A DNA stretch of 64,000 nt from a bacterium (GTDB lineage: Bacteria; SAR324; NAC60-12): contig CBDBHR010000030.1 of the NCBI GenBank assembly GCA_965205865.1, forward strand, positions 32,001 through 96,000, written 5' to 3'. The number at the start of each line of letters is the position of its first letter. Position 1 is the stretch's first letter. The position numbers and the translations under genes were made by a program. This document shows, piece after piece, positions 40,510-52,469 of this stretch. The notes beneath the pieces are model-generated. The model had not been told where the DNA came from. It did no database searches and was given only the letters and a program-made list of their open reading frames with translations.

Positions 40510-42287
40510 ATGGATCATCAAAAAGCAAATCAACCTTCAGTACAATCCTGCTCACCCTCACCCTGATGGTGGCCGCCCTCGGGGTCAGTTCGGCAGCCGT
40601 TGCTGCCGAGAAAAAGATGGTCAAAGATCCGACCACTGATGAAATGGTGAGTGCATCAGAGTACGGCGGGACCTTGACTGTCCAACTGCAAGCGTGGGCG
40701 GGAGCAGTTGACCCCTATTTCGGCTATCCGAATACAGGCCCAACAGACGGCGTCGGAGAAAAGCTCGGTATCATGAACTGGGCAGTAGATTGAGACGTAT
40801 GGGACTTTAAGACGCTCTTCACCCCCGTCACATACATGAGAGGGAGGCTGGCAGAGAGCTGGGAAATCTCCCCGGACGGTCTCACCTATACCTTCCATAT
40901 CCGCCAGGGCGTTCGCTGGCATGATAAGGCGCCGATGAACGGGAGAGCCTTGACAGCGCAGGATGTCGAGTATAACTTTCACCGTATGCTAGGCTTGGGC
41001 AAGTTTGCCGAAGCCGGACCGACCCCCTTTGGCGGTGCTGACCCACTGAAGAACATCCCCTTCGAATCGATCACGGCCACCGACGATTCGACGGTGGTGA
41101 TGAAGCTGACCGAGCCACGCCTCGATTTTCTACGGGTGGTGCTCATGAACGAAGCTGCGACCATCATGCCCCCCGAGGTCATCGAGCAGCATGGCGACGT
41201 TCAGGACTGGAGGAACCTGGTCGGCACCGGACCCTTTATGCTGATTGACGTAGTCGAGGACAGCCAGATCACCTGGGCCAGGAATCCCGACTACTGGGGC
41301 TACGACGAGAAGTATCCCGAAAACCGCTTGCCCTACGTTGATGAGTTAAAGGCTCTGATCATTCCAGAGGAAGCATCAATCCTGGCAGCCCTACGCTCAG
41401 GCAAGATTGATTTCAGGACTTGGAGTAATTCGCTAGACTCGGCACAGAGCATCCGGAAGACAAACCCCGACATCGTGGTGCACGCGATCTGGTTTCGCTC
41501 CAGTGATTCTTTTGCTCCTGACCATCGCAAGCCACCCTTAAACGACATCAACGTGCGCCGCGCCATGCAGATGGCGCTCGACAACGAGACCATTGCCAAG
41601 ACGTACTGGAATGGCTTTGCAGACCCGACACCCTATGGGCTGATAGGGGTGGACGGGTACTACATCCCCTTCGAGCAGTGGGACGAAGAGGTCAAGCAAT
41701 GGTTCAGGTATAACCCGGAAGCTGCCGAGAAGCTGCTCGACGAGGCGGGATATCCGCGCGGTGCCGACGGTACGAGATTCAAGACCACCCTGAACTACGG
41801 GACTTGGGCAACCCTGGACTTTGCGGAAATAGCGGCCGCTTACTGGGCTGAGATTGGCGTCGAGGTCGAAATTGATGCTCTGACCTCAGCCGAATATCAC
41901 GAGAGGATGTGGGGGCGTACCGGAGAAGGCATGTACAGTGCCATTGCGGGCAACGAATTCGACCCTATCATGGCCGCAGGTTGGTATCACACGGATTCCC
42001 AGTGGAACCGCGGTGGGTCCCAGTGGCCTGAGCTGGACGCCATGGTTGACGCCGCCTTGGGCGCCCGTACGATTGAGGAGCAGCGGAGGCTGATTGCCGA
42101 GGCAGATAAGTACGCGATGTCGCGGCACTGGCTGATATATGGTCCCAGAAGTCCTATTTTCTATTACACCCAGCCATGGGTCGTCGGCTACAGCGGTGAA
42201 ATTCCATACTTGGCCACCGGCGAACAACAACTGGTTTTTGCCCGCCTGTGGATCGATAGCGCGCTGAAGAAAGAAATGGGGTATTAG
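40510..42287 (+). pseudogene. ABC family-5 substrate-binding protein with 1-bp A-run deletion and in-frame TGA (40791)
   Basis: ORFs 40566-40793 and 40836-42287 share a frame; SBP5 motifs. Confidence 0.88.
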
Positions 42288-42297
42288 TGGGTTTCCC

Positions 42298-43254
42298 ATG
42301 AGAGCGTATATCATCCGGCGGTTATTGCTAATCGTGCCGACGCTGTTCATCTTGAGCATCCTGGTCTTTCTCTCGGTGCGTTTCCTCCCCGGCGATGCCA
42401 TAGATGCGATGTTGGGTAAAGCCGAATTCATCAGTGCTGAGGTGGACCGGGAAGCGCTTGAGCAGATGTTGGGACTGGACCTGCCCGTACACGTGCAGTA
42501 TGGACGCTGGATCGGAAATATTCTCCGGCACGGCAGCCTCGGCCACTCACTGCTTGGCAGCCGTGAAGCCGTGGAGGAGAAGCTAATCGACAGGCTGCCG
42601 GTCACCATCGAACTCGGTGTGCTGGCAATCCTCATCGGGCTGGCGATAGCACTGCCGGTCGGCATCTACTCGGCAATGCGCCAGGATACGTCCGCCGACT
42701 ACGTGGGGCGTTCCTTCGCCATCCTTGGCTTGGCCATGCCGAACTTCTGGCTGGCCACCATGGTCATGCTCTACCCCTCCCTCTGGTGGGCGTGGTCGCC
42801 ACCGATGGAGTGGGTTCCTTTCAGCGAAGACCCGCTGGGGAATCTCGGGATGTTGATCATTCCCAGCGTGATTTTGGGAACGGCGATGGCGGCGGCCACC
42901 ATGCGGCTGATGCGCACCATGATGCTGGAAGTGCTGCGGCAGGACTACATCCGCACCGCCTGGTCCAAGGGGCTCCGGGAGCGGGTCGTGATCATCCGGC
43001 ACACTGTCAAAAATGCCCTCATCCCGGTGGTCTCCCTGATCGGTCTGCAATTACCGATCCTGGTCGGCGGCGCGGTGATCATGGAGGTCATCTTCAACCT
43101 GCCTGGGCTCGGGCGTCTCATGGTGACGGCCCTCGAAGACCGCAACTACCCGGTGGTCTCCGGAGATCAACCTGTTATTCGCCACCGGGGTGGTGCTGCT
43201 CAATCTCCTCATCGACCTGATTTATCCCTATTTGGACCCCAGGGTGCGCTATGA
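42298..43254 (+). pseudogene. ABC permease (DppB-like), frameshift near 43167
   Basis: MRAYIIRRLL, QDYIRTAWSKGL; C-terminal YLDPRVRYE lies in another frame. Confidence 0.85.
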
Positions 43255-44189
43255 GTGAATCCAAGCGACGAGGCCGGTTTGCGGATTTCTTCATCCGGCT
43301 GTGGCAGGAGAAGCCCCTGGGCACGATCAGCGGGCTCATCATCCTGCTCTTGATTTTTGTGGCGCATCTTTGCCGATGTGTTGACCCCTTATGGCTTATG
43401 ATAAACTCAACCTGGTAGACCGGTTGCAAGGGCGCCTCCGCTCGGCATCTTCTGGGGACCGACCAGTTGGGCCGAGACCTCCTGAGCCGCCTGATTTACG
43501 GGGCTCGTATTTCCTTAGTGGTGGGTCTGGCCGCAACCACCCTCAATGTGTTGGTCGCGCTCCTGGTAGGCGGCACGTCCGGATTCCTTGGGGGGAGAGT
43601 GGACCTGGCTGCGCAACGCTTTGTCGATGCCTGGATGGCTTTCCCGGGACTGCTGCTCTTGTTAACCATCATGTCGGTCGTGGGGCAGGGCTTGCTCCAG
43701 ATCATCGTGGTCCTGGGGGTCGCCGGCGGCATCGGGGGCTCCCGAGTCGTGCGAGGGGCGGTGATCGGCATCAAAGAGAATGACTATTTTCTAGCCGCCC
43801 GGGCCGTGGGCACCCCCACGGGTCGAATCCTGACCCGCCATGTGCTGCCCAATATCATGGCGCCGATCATCATCATCTTCAGCATCAACATCGGCGGGGT
43901 CATCATTGCCGAGGCGTCGCTGAGCTTCCTCGGATTCGGGCTGCCCATCAAGGTGCCTAGCTGGGGAGGGATGCTCAGCCGGGAAGGGCGCCGCTTCATG
44001 GAGCAAGCCCCCTGGCTGGCCTTCTGGCCGGGGCTTTTCCTGACGATTGTCGTCTACTCCCTCAACATGTTCGGCGACGCCCTCAGGGACCTGCTCGACC
44101 CCCGACTGAAGGGCGGTCAGGGCAGCTACGGCGCCGCAAAGAAACGCAAACGAGGCCTCCTCGCCCGACTGATCAACCCCATTGGTTAA
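43251..44189 (+). pseudogene. ABC permease (DppC-like), frameshifts at 43360-43460
   Basis: GRDLLSRL, HVLPN, LSFLGFG, GDALRD.LDP; 5' part out of frame relative to paralog 57288. Confidence 0.85.
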
Positions 44190-44290
44190 CGCTGTCTCTC
44201 GGAGGCGGACGAATGCTCTGACGATATAAACACTCATTTTATTGGCCTGGGCCGAATTAAGAACATTTGCCGCCTGCAAGGCTCCATGAC
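44185..44290 (-). pseudogene. ORF6N-protein C-terminal remnant
   Basis: HGALQAANVLNS.QA..MSVYIVRAFVRLRE. Confidence 0.6.
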
Positions 44291-44544
44291 GCGCAAGGCA
44301 ATCCAACGCTTTTTGAAAAAAAGTCAACTCAGGGGGTTGACATCCTCCTCCTGAAACTGTATTAGTTGGAAAGTATTTTGGGAAGGTGATAAAATGAAAA
44401 AAAATCAGCCTCCTGAGCAATCTTGTTGTCATCCCCTCTTCATGACTCGTGAGTCGAAAGTTCTCGAGGGTCATCCGAGAAGGCTTCCCGCTCGAGGGAG
44501 TAAAGAAGGGGGGGAATGATTAATCTGTAATAGGGAGTAATCTT

Positions 44545-45009
44545 ATGAAATCAAAGTTCAAGTTCAAGCGGTTGGATCACATAGGATTAGCAACAGCCAA
44601 TGCCGAAAGATTCCTCGATTTCTACAGCGGAATCCTCGGCTTTGAAGTCCGGGAGCGGTGGACGGTGAAAGGCAATGAGCGGTTGAAAGAGGTGGCCAAC
44701 CTTTCACTCAACGCCCCGAAGGCCGGAGAAGATGGCTCGATCATCGAGTTGTTTTCGATCGACCCGGATGCGCCGGCCAATCCCGATTACAAGGAACCTG
44801 CCCTGGAGCAGACCGGCTTTCGGCTCCTCGCGCTCGAAGTTGACGACATGGACGAAGCAATTGCTTATCTCGAGAGTAAAGGTATCGAAGTCCACTCGGC
44901 GCACCCGAGCAATCCGGCTCGCTGGTTCAGGGACCCGGATGGGAACCAGATCGTCGTCTTCCCCTCCAGCGTCTATCAGATGTACAAGAGACTGGACGAA
45001 ACCCATTAG
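44545..45009 (+). CDS. VOC / glyoxalase family protein
   Basis: LDHIGL, FYSGILG, IELF, FRDPDGN. Confidence 0.9.
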   Translation: MKSKFKFKRLDHIGLATANAERFLDFYSGILGFEVRERWTVKGNERLKEVANLSLNAPKAGEDGSIIELFSIDPDAPANPDYKEPALEQTGFRLLALEVDDMDEAIAYLESKGIEVHSAHPSNPARWFRDPDGNQIVVFPSSVYQMYKRLDETH

Positions 45010-45019
45010 AGGACTTTCT

Positions 45020-45958
45020 ATGACAGAGACACTGGAACAACGCCCCTTCGGGCGTACAGGTGAGACGGTCAGCCTCATCGGGCTGGGTGGCGCCGCTCTC
45101 CATAAGCATAGCTATCAGCACGGGCTGGCCACCGTCAAACATGCGCTTGATCTGGGGATCAGCTATTTTGATACCTCTCCTGGGTATGGTATCGGGGGCC
45201 CTGATGGGAAGTGGATCAGCCAGGGTGAGTCGCAGCGCATTGTGGGTGAGGGGCTCGAGGGGACTGGCAAGCCGCATCTGCTGGCCACGAAGATCAATGC
45301 CTGGCAGACCTCCAATCATTCGGTAGAAGATTGTCTCGCGCAGGTACGAGACAACCTCCGTATCCTGCGTCGTGACCGGGTCGACGTGCTCCTGGGCCAC
45401 GATATGGAGCAGAGACGATTCTGGAAGCCGGAGGCGAACACGGGTGAGCTGCTGGAGATCGATGAGTCGCTCGACTACGAGAATGCGCCGGTGATGCAAG
45501 CCCTTCGTGAGGCAAAGGCGCAAGGGTTCTGCCGCTACCTGGGTCTCAGTACCAACCGCTCGGAGCCACTGGCTCATGTCTTGCAGCGGGTAAAACTCGA
45601 CATGTGTCTGTCCGCCAATCAGTATTCGCTGATGGACCGTCGTTCTCCGCGTGTGATGCTCCCGCTCATTTATGAACAGGGAATTGCCTACGTGATTGGC
45701 GGCATTTTTTGTGTGCCGGGCAAAGGCGTCATCAACGGAGCGCTCTTCAAGGATGCGCGCCTCCTCGAGTTGGCCCGGACCACGGGTCTTTCGATTGCGG
45801 CAATGAGTGTGCGCTTCTTGATGGCCAATCGGGAGATTGCGACCATCCTTGTGGGTGCGTCCACACCCGAGGAACTCGAGGAGAGCGTCGTGGCTGCGCA
45901 GGCAGGTCCGCTCCCGCCTGATATTCAGCAAACCCTGGAAGCGCTCACCTCGCCATGA
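45020..45958 (+). CDS. aldo/keto reductase
   Basis: RPFGRTG..VS.IGLG, YFDTSPGYG, LATK, GLS, LVGA. Confidence 0.9.
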   Translation: MTETLEQRPFGRTGETVSLIGLGGAALHKHSYQHGLATVKHALDLGISYFDTSPGYGIGGPDGKWISQGESQRIVGEGLEGTGKPHLLATKINAWQTSNHSVEDCLAQVRDNLRILRRDRVDVLLGHDMEQRRFWKPEANTGELLEIDESLDYENAPVMQALREAKAQGFCRYLGLSTNRSEPLAHVLQRVKLDMCLSANQYSLMDRRSPRVMLPLIYEQGIAYVIGGIFCVPGKGVINGALFKDARLLELARTTGLSIAAMSVRFLMANREIATILVGASTPEELEESVVAAQAGPLPPDIQQTLEALTSP

Positions 45959-46034
45959 CCTCGTCACTTTCTCTTGACAGACCCATTTTCAAATGTTATC
46001 GTCTTAGGTCATTTTTTATTATGCTATGGGGCCA

Positions 46035-46601
46035 TTATGATAATTGCTTGATGCTGAAATTCTCGAAGCGAATCCAATGTTCCTCATCCGGCGGGCCATG
46101 ATAGCACTGAATACTCACCTGCTCGTTGTTCGGCGGAGGCAGTTCGCCTGTTGCTGCCGTTTGGAATTCGGAGGCGCCTTCCGGGCGATACTGGGCCTCC
46201 CATGAATGAGCGCTAACCACCAATCGAAGTCGGACGCTTTTCGTCGGCATCGGCTGCTTTCCGGGGATGATGTAGAGATTGCCGTCGATCAGTTCCTTGA
46301 CTTCCTTAAAGACCGGTTTGCCATCATTATACCAGGTAATGCCAGCCTGCTCGTACTGTTGCCTCGGCAGCGAATGGTTCGTCACCGTGACCTCAATGGC
46401 GAACCTGCTCTGCGCCCGATCCGGCGCAGCCCTCAGCAAGGCGTTCTTAACGGTATCTTCCGCGCCGGGTTCAACGCAGATCTCCAACCCTCGGTTTTGG
46501 ATGCGCCATCGCTCCGAATTTTCGCGTAACCAGGACCATCCTTCCTCCAGTTTACCGTCAAAGTTGTCCTCGAAAATCACTTGCTCATTGGATAAGTTCA
46601 T
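46035..46601 (-). CDS. DUF1349-like (concanavalin/beta-sandwich) protein
   Basis: FEDNFDG.L...WSWLRE, YEQAG motifs. Confidence 0.6.
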   Translation of the reverse strand: MNLSNEQVIFEDNFDGKLEEGWSWLRENSERWRIQNRGLEICVEPGAEDTVKNALLRAAPDRAQSRFAIEVTVTNHSLPRQQYEQAGITWYNDGKPVFKEVKELIDGNLYIIPGKQPMPTKSVRLRLVVSAHSWEAQYRPEGASEFQTAATGELPPPNNEQVSIQCYHGPPDEEHWIRFENFSIKQLS

Positions 46602-46969
46602 ACGAATACCTCCATTTTGATAGATCTGTCATTTTGTCTTAACTCTTAAGCCATCTGCCGACTGTCAACAGATGGAGAGCGACGATTCATTATTGCAGAA
46701 ATCTTCAATGACGTCAACAAAAAATACCCTCATCCCGGTGGTCACGCGTTCAGCTGGGCTTATTGGCCGCGCTGCGGCCGCCCAGCCTCTCTGCGGCCTG
46801 CAGTTGCCGATCTTGAAAAATCGTTGTTTCTCTTGTTTATTGTTTTTTATTTCCGCTTTTGCTATAGTGCTCCCTTGATACTATGTGAGAAACGAGGTAG
46901 GCGATGACAGCAGCCCTGCAACAAACTTTCAAAAGGCACTCGTGAAAAAGATTGCAAGGGGGGGAGACT

Positions 46970-47305
46970 ATGCCGGGAAGACAAAGACCATCCGATTTGA
47001 AAGAGCTTCATTTTAAGCCATTGCTGGAGGTAGCCGCCCTCCTGCAAAACCGGGACATTTCTTCAGTCGAACTGACCCAATCTCTCCTGAAGCGAATTGA
47101 ATCCCTGGATGGGAGGCAGAAAAGTTATGCCACGGTGATGGCCGACCGGGCCCTGGCTGCAGCGGAGCTGGCAGATCAGGAGCTGGCAGAGAAGAAGTAT
47201 CGGGGTCCTTTACATGGGATCCCTATCGCGGTGAAAGATCTGTGTTTTACCAAGGGGATCCGAACGATGGGGGGAGCAGCGTTACTGGCCGATCATATTC
47301 CCAAG
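46970..47305 (+). pseudogene. amidase N-terminal fragment
   Basis: SSVELT, RGPLHGIPIAVKDL; truncated. Confidence 0.85.
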
Positions 47306-47329
47306 AGGGATAGGCATTGTCTTTTCCGA

Positions 47330-47622
47330 ACAGGCCTTGACCACTTCTGAGGTATCAACTTCTTCGATACCGCCGATATCTACGCGCATGAACAGTATGG
47401 GGTCTCTGAGGAAACCCTGGGACGCTGGTTTGCCCAGGTGGATGGAAGGCGCGATGCGATCGTGCTGGTAACCAAGGTCTACAAGGAGTTCTTGAAGGAA
47501 TGGCTCCGTCCGGAACCGAATCGGCAATCACCGGTGATAGGCGCGATGACGAGACGCTAAAGCAACTCGATGAGATCTGGCCGGGAACGGGAGGTGAAAC
47601 CCCGGAAGCTTATGCCTGGTAG
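47330..47622 (+). pseudogene. aldo/keto reductase fragments
   Basis: GINFFDTADIY, SEETLGRWF, LVTKVY and LDEIWPGTGGETPEAYAW*. Confidence 0.7.
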
Positions 47623-47779
47623 AGAGATGATTGGTCCACCCCCCTTTCTTGTTTGGCTGCACCGAAGCGAACTATAGCAAACTGTAAATCTGCTTGGCGG
47701 TGGACGGGCGATATTTGCGCTTGCCCAAAAAAAGTAAGAGGAAGATCTCAGTGAGGTCATTGAATGGGTTCCCTCAATA

Positions 47780-48700
47780 CTATTGAAGATCAGTGTGTTT
47801 ATTTTGAAGCAAGGCGCGTAAATGTTTGATCTCTTCCAGGGCTTGCTCTTTTTGTTGTCGTTCCAGTTCTTCTCTTTTCAAGGCCTGCTCTTTTTGTTGC
47901 CGCTCCTGTTCTTTTTGTTGTCGTTCCAGTTCTTCTCTTTTCAAGGCTTGCTCTTTTTGTTGCCGCTCCTGTTCTTTGAGTTGCCTTTCCTGCTCTTTTT
48001 GTTGCCGCTCTTCTTGGAGGGATTTTAAGAGATAGGGTTGGTAGAGCGGATCATTCATCAGGGTCTTGAAAGAGGTCTGGGCCTCCAGGTCTTGGCGCCG
48101 AAAAGCAAAATGCTCCAAGACGGTGGATTGAATCAGGCCCTCTTCTGCCGAATCCAATCGTTGATAGGTTCCCGCTTCATGGAGTCGATAAAAACATGTA
48201 TGTTTTCCCAAACGATCTAAAATATAATATTCTGCCACCCCCGCTTTGGCGTATTCTTCTTTTTTGAAGACGGTGTCCCGTTCCACCTCCGAGGGAGTCG
48301 AGTCGGATAAAAACTCAATACAGAGGTCACAGACCCCATGAAACGAACGATCCGTGGGGTGGGGCACTACCGGATTGGAATGCAGAAGGACCGCGAGATC
48401 CGGTTTCCGTACGCTGACTTTATCCCCCAAATCCAAACGAAAGCCCATTTCTAATGCCATGATTCGCCCGCGAGGGAAGACGGTTAAATATTCTTCTAAC
48501 AGTCGAAAAAACCACTGGTAGAGTGAGATACTTAAAAAATCCGGCATGGGCTTTTCCTCCAAGAATCCATTGTTCCACTCATACTGACCCTCCGGGTGTT
48601 GGTAATACTCCTTCCAATAGAGCTCCTCACTGATCCGATGGTGTTCTTGTAATGAGGGGCTCTGAGAGGAATCACTGATGATGGATTCGCGAGTTTCCAT
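47780..48700 (-). CDS. Uma2 (DUF820) paralog with shorter repeat tail
   Basis: Near-identical to 38700-39704 but 28 aa shorter. Confidence 0.88.
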   Translation of the reverse strand: METRESIISDSSQSPSLQEHHRISEELYWKEYYQHPEGQYEWNNGFLEEKPMPDFLSISLYQWFFRLLEEYLTVFPRGRIMALEMGFRLDLGDKVSVRKPDLAVLLHSNPVVPHPTDRSFHGVCDLCIEFLSDSTPSEVERDTVFKKEEYAKAGVAEYYILDRLGKHTCFYRLHEAGTYQRLDSAEEGLIQSTVLEHFAFRRQDLEAQTSFKTLMNDPLYQPYLLKSLQEERQQKEQERQLKEQERQQKEQALKREELERQQKEQERQQKEQALKREELERQQKEQALEEIKHLRALLQNKHTDLQ

Positions 48701-48890
48701 GGAGCCTCCATAAGAATGATGGGGAAAAAATACTGATTATCAAACATAACATATCAGAGGGGAAACAGCAACTAGTGATAGAGGCGACAGCGATTACGAG
48801 TAAAAATTGCTGTAACTATTTAGGTTTCTTTAGAGCCCCCCTTCGATTTAAGCACGGAATTTGCATAGCATAAAATTCAGGAAGGATTTT

Positions 48891-50387
48891 ATGCTCTCGA
48901 AATTTCAAAAAAAATATATTAATTCCATTTCATCGACTTCCCTCCTTGAGGCTCTTCAAGAAGCCTGTCAACTCTTTGAAGAAGAACGGGACCAATGGAA
49001 AAAAGAGCGATTAAAACTCCTCGAACGTCTCGAAATAGAAAATAAGCGTATTGAAGCTCTCGAAACAGAAAATAAGCAACTTCGGGATCAGCTGGTTCTC
49101 AACAGCCAAAACTCAAGTAAACCTCCTTCCACCGATCAAAGTCGAAAGAACAAAAGCTTACGTAAAAGCAGGGGTCGCTCTCGCGGAGGTCAACCCGGTC
49201 ATAAAGGCCATCATTTGGCTTTCAGTGAATCACCAGATCATGTGGAGCCTCATTTTGTCAACACCTGTGAAACTTGTGGAGAAGATTTATCCAAGGTGGC
49301 GGTTGAGGCCAGGCATAAACGTCAGGTGTTCGATCTCCCCTCTCTGCAATTAGAGGTTACTGAACACCAGGTGGAACAAAAAATTTGTCCCTGCTGCCGG
49401 CATCTGAATCACTCGAGCTTTCCAGCAGGGATAGAGGCGCCCACTCAATATGGTCCCCGGATCAAAGGCTTAGCGGTTTATCTCAATCAATATCAGTTTC
49501 TGCCCTTTGATCGATGCCAGCAATTCTTTGAGGATCTGTTCGGCCAGCCGCTCAATGCGGCCACGATTTATGCTAGCCTCCGGCAAGCCGCCCATAGGCT
49601 TTATCCCTTCCAACAACAAGTGGCTGAAGCTCTGATTCAAGCGGAGGTGGTTCATTTTGATGAAACCTCTTTGTTTGAAAACAAACAACGTCGCTGGCTT
49701 CATTCAGCCTCTACCGAAGAGCTGACCTTTTATTTTATCCACGACAAACGGGGTCAAGCCGGAATGGATGCCGCCGGTATCCTGCCTCAGTTTGAAAAGA
49801 CAGCCATTCATGATCACTGGGAGAGCTACCAGCATTATGAGTGTGATCATGGCTTTTGCAATGCGCATCATTTACGTGAACTCACTCGGGCCTATCAACA
49901 AGAAAAGGCCTTGTGGGCTCAGGAGATGAGCGACTTACTGGTAGAGATCAAAGAGCAAGTAGACCAAGCCAAGTTCAAAGAACAATCTGCTTTGAGTCCA
50001 ATCCAACTCGATCACTTCCGGCAACGCTATCGTGATATCACCCAAGAAGCCCTTAAGCTCTATCCTCCCCCTCCTCAAACAAAGAAACGAGGACGCCCCA
50101 AACAGAGCAAAGCCAAAAATTTACTCGATCGCTTGATCCTCTATGAAAAGGAAAGCTTGTTATTCATGGATGACTTCCGGGTTCCTTTTGACAACAACCA
50201 AGCCGAGCGAGATGTGCGCATGGTTAAACTGAAACAAAAAATCTCCGGCGGCTTTCGAACGGCTGAAGGATCTCAGGCTTTTTGTATCATCCGGGGAGCC
50301 ATTTCCACTACCAGAAAACAGGGAAAATCCATCCTCGATTTGCTCACTCAGGCTTTGCATCCTTCACATGCTCCTCTTTGTTACTGA
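48891..50387 (+). CDS. IS66 transposase TnpC
   Basis: NSQNSSKPPS, GGQPGH, zinc finger, HFDET, CNAHHLREL, FDNNQAERD. Confidence 0.95.
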   Translation: MLSKFQKKYINSISSTSLLEALQEACQLFEEERDQWKKERLKLLERLEIENKRIEALETENKQLRDQLVLNSQNSSKPPSTDQSRKNKSLRKSRGRSRGGQPGHKGHHLAFSESPDHVEPHFVNTCETCGEDLSKVAVEARHKRQVFDLPSLQLEVTEHQVEQKICPCCRHLNHSSFPAGIEAPTQYGPRIKGLAVYLNQYQFLPFDRCQQFFEDLFGQPLNAATIYASLRQAAHRLYPFQQQVAEALIQAEVVHFDETSLFENKQRRWLHSASTEELTFYFIHDKRGQAGMDAAGILPQFEKTAIHDHWESYQHYECDHGFCNAHHLRELTRAYQQEKALWAQEMSDLLVEIKEQVDQAKFKEQSALSPIQLDHFRQRYRDITQEALKLYPPPPQTKKRGRPKQSKAKNLLDRLILYEKESLLFMDDFRVPFDNNQAERDVRMVKLKQKISGGFRTAEGSQAFCIIRGAISTTRKQGKSILDLLTQALHPSHAPLCY

Positions 50388-50409
50388 AACTCTCCTTTTT
50401 TTTAAACGT

Positions 50410-50600
50410 TCCGCCCCCTGCGTGGCCAAAAGTATTCATAGCAAACATAGCATCGTCAATGCGATTTTGTATGTCCTGAAAACAAGTTGTCAGTGGAGCA
50501 TGCTTGCCCATGATTTACCTCCCTGGCAAAGCGTTTACGATCATTATCGCCGTTGGAAAAAACGCTGGATTGTGGAGCGAACATTCGCTTTTTGGTTCAT
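50410..50600 (+). mobile_element. IS5-family transposase remnant (internal deletion)
   Basis: NAILYVLKT.CQW.ML.HDLPPW.SVY fused to RWIVERTF. Confidence 0.75.
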
Positions 50601-50849
50601 GCCGAAGATGGACCGCAATATATCTTTTTATAGCTGACCTCCATTGTTGCGCAATTCTCCTGATCCAAACTTGCTATAGGCTTTGCGCCGCGTAGTAGTG
50701 CTGAAATCATGCCTTGTTGTTTTAGGGAAGGAGAGGATTTCCGCTCGTTTGATTCAAAATTAGCTGTGGGAGGGTTCCCGCTTGATCGATTGAACAATAC
50801 CCCGGGAGGATGTGAAAACGATGGATCCTTCCCGGGAATCTTTTTTCAA

Positions 50850-51903
50850 GGCTCTGTTTGTGATAAATATTGATAAATTTTTTGCATCTGTCATACTGTC
50901 TCCTGAACCGCTAAATTTTTTATAGGAGAAGGAGATGGATCATACAGAATTCAAACAATATCTTTCACGTCTTGAGGGGTTGAGTCCGGCACAAAAAAGG
51001 AAGCTGTCCGATGTTTTGCGAGTCAAGGATGAAGGCGAGGCAGTCGCAGAGACACTTGAGAAGCGCATCAGCGGTGGCGGGCACTGTCCTCATTGCAAGC
51101 ATGTTCAATTTCAAAGGTGGGGAATATCAAATGGGATGCAACGCTACCGTTGTAAAAGCTGCCTGAAGACCTTCAACGCAGCCACTGGGACTCCCTTGGC
51201 GCGCCTGCGGAAAAAGGAGAAGTGGCTGGAGTATTCCAAGGCGATGATTGACGGCCTGAGTGTCCGCAAGGCGGCCAGAAAATGCGGGATCGACAACACC
51301 ACCAGTTTCCGGTGGCGTCACCGTTTCCTGCATGGGTTGAGGGACAAGAAGGACAGCAGCCTCAAGGGGATAGTCGAGGCCGACGAGACCTTCTTCCTGG
51401 AGTCGTTCAAAGGTTCGCGGAACCTGGGGCGCACAGCTCGCAAAAGAGGCGGCAAAGCCACGAAGCGGGGGTTGTCTGCGGAGCAAATCCCGGTTCTGAT
51501 CGTAAGGGACCGCCACAGAGAGATGACAGACGAAGTGCTGAAAGACCTCAGCGAAGTCTCGATCACCAAAGTGCTCAAGCCTGTCTTGGCACAGGATGCG
51601 GTCCTTTGCACGGACGGGAACAAATCTTATTGGGCATTCGCGGACACTGAGAACATCGCGCATGTCCGGCTGATCGCCTCCAATGAGAGCAGGGTCATTA
51701 ACAAGGTCTATCACATTCAAAATGTCAACGCATATGACAGCCGTTTAAAAGGCTGGATGCGTCGATTCAATGGGGTTGCAACAAAATACCTCCCGAATTA
51801 CTTGGGATGGAGGCGATGCCTTGAAAAACAGGGAAATTCAATCGCACCGGTGACCTATCTCAACTGTGCTTTGGGGTGACCAATGCTAAACGCAAACAGA
51901 GCC
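50850..51903 (+). mobile_element. IS1595-family element with intact transposase (50935-51879)
   Basis: IRs GGCTCTGTTTG/CAAACAGAGCC; 8-bp TSD TTTTTCAA; CPHC..C..C, VEADET, CTDG, HIQNVN, GVATKYL. Confidence 0.95.
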
Positions 51904-52012
51904 TTTTTCAATGTTATTGAACTGAACGGCTTCTGACTGTCCCCGGATTTGAGCAGATTTATTGATTTTTTATTTTTTTTTGCGAATCCCGCATTTATTT
52001 TATGTCAGGGGG

Positions 52013-52040
52013 TTGACATTGTGTTGTTTTGTGTTATAAT
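52013..52040 (+). promoter_or_regulatory. consensus sigma70 promoter in the IS66 right arm
   Basis: TTGACA-16-TATAAT with extended -10 TG; second copy TTGACA-14-TATAAT at 52282-52307. Confidence 0.6.
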
Positions 52041-52469
52041 CTTGCCATTGCTGAGTTGCTTTGGTGAAAGAGGGTTCCCGATCGATTGAACAAAATCTTG
52101 GGAGGGTTCTCGCCCGTTCGATTCAAAATAGGTGCGGGAGGAAGTGAAGTGATGGATCCTCTTCGGGAATCTTTTTTTACCGATATTGAACTAAACGGCT
52201 TCTGACTGTCCCAGGATTTGAGCAGATTTATTGTTTTTTTAAATTTTTTTGCGAATCCCGAATTAATTTTACGTCAGGGGGTTGACATTACTTTATTGTG
52301 TTATAATCACGTCTTCGTTAAGTTGTGTTTATGAAAGAAGAGGGTTTCCGATCGATTGAACAATATCGTGGGAGGACTTGAAAACGATCGATCCTCTCCG
52401 GGAATCTTTTTTAACGATATTTAATAAACGGGTTTTTCAGAGACCTAAATAGTTACAAATTGCTTAACA

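Larger units (their letters stand above)
48812..52456 (+). mobile_element. IS66-family (ISBst12-type, single ORF) element with nested inserts
   Basis: IRs GTAACTATTTAGG/CCTAAATAGTTAC; perfect 8-bp TSD AAATTGCT. Confidence 0.92.

Noticed and set aside
44927-45967. 346-aa antisense ORF (and similar shadow ORFs over GC-rich genes)
   Set aside because: Antisense to a clear aldo/keto reductase and has no motifs.
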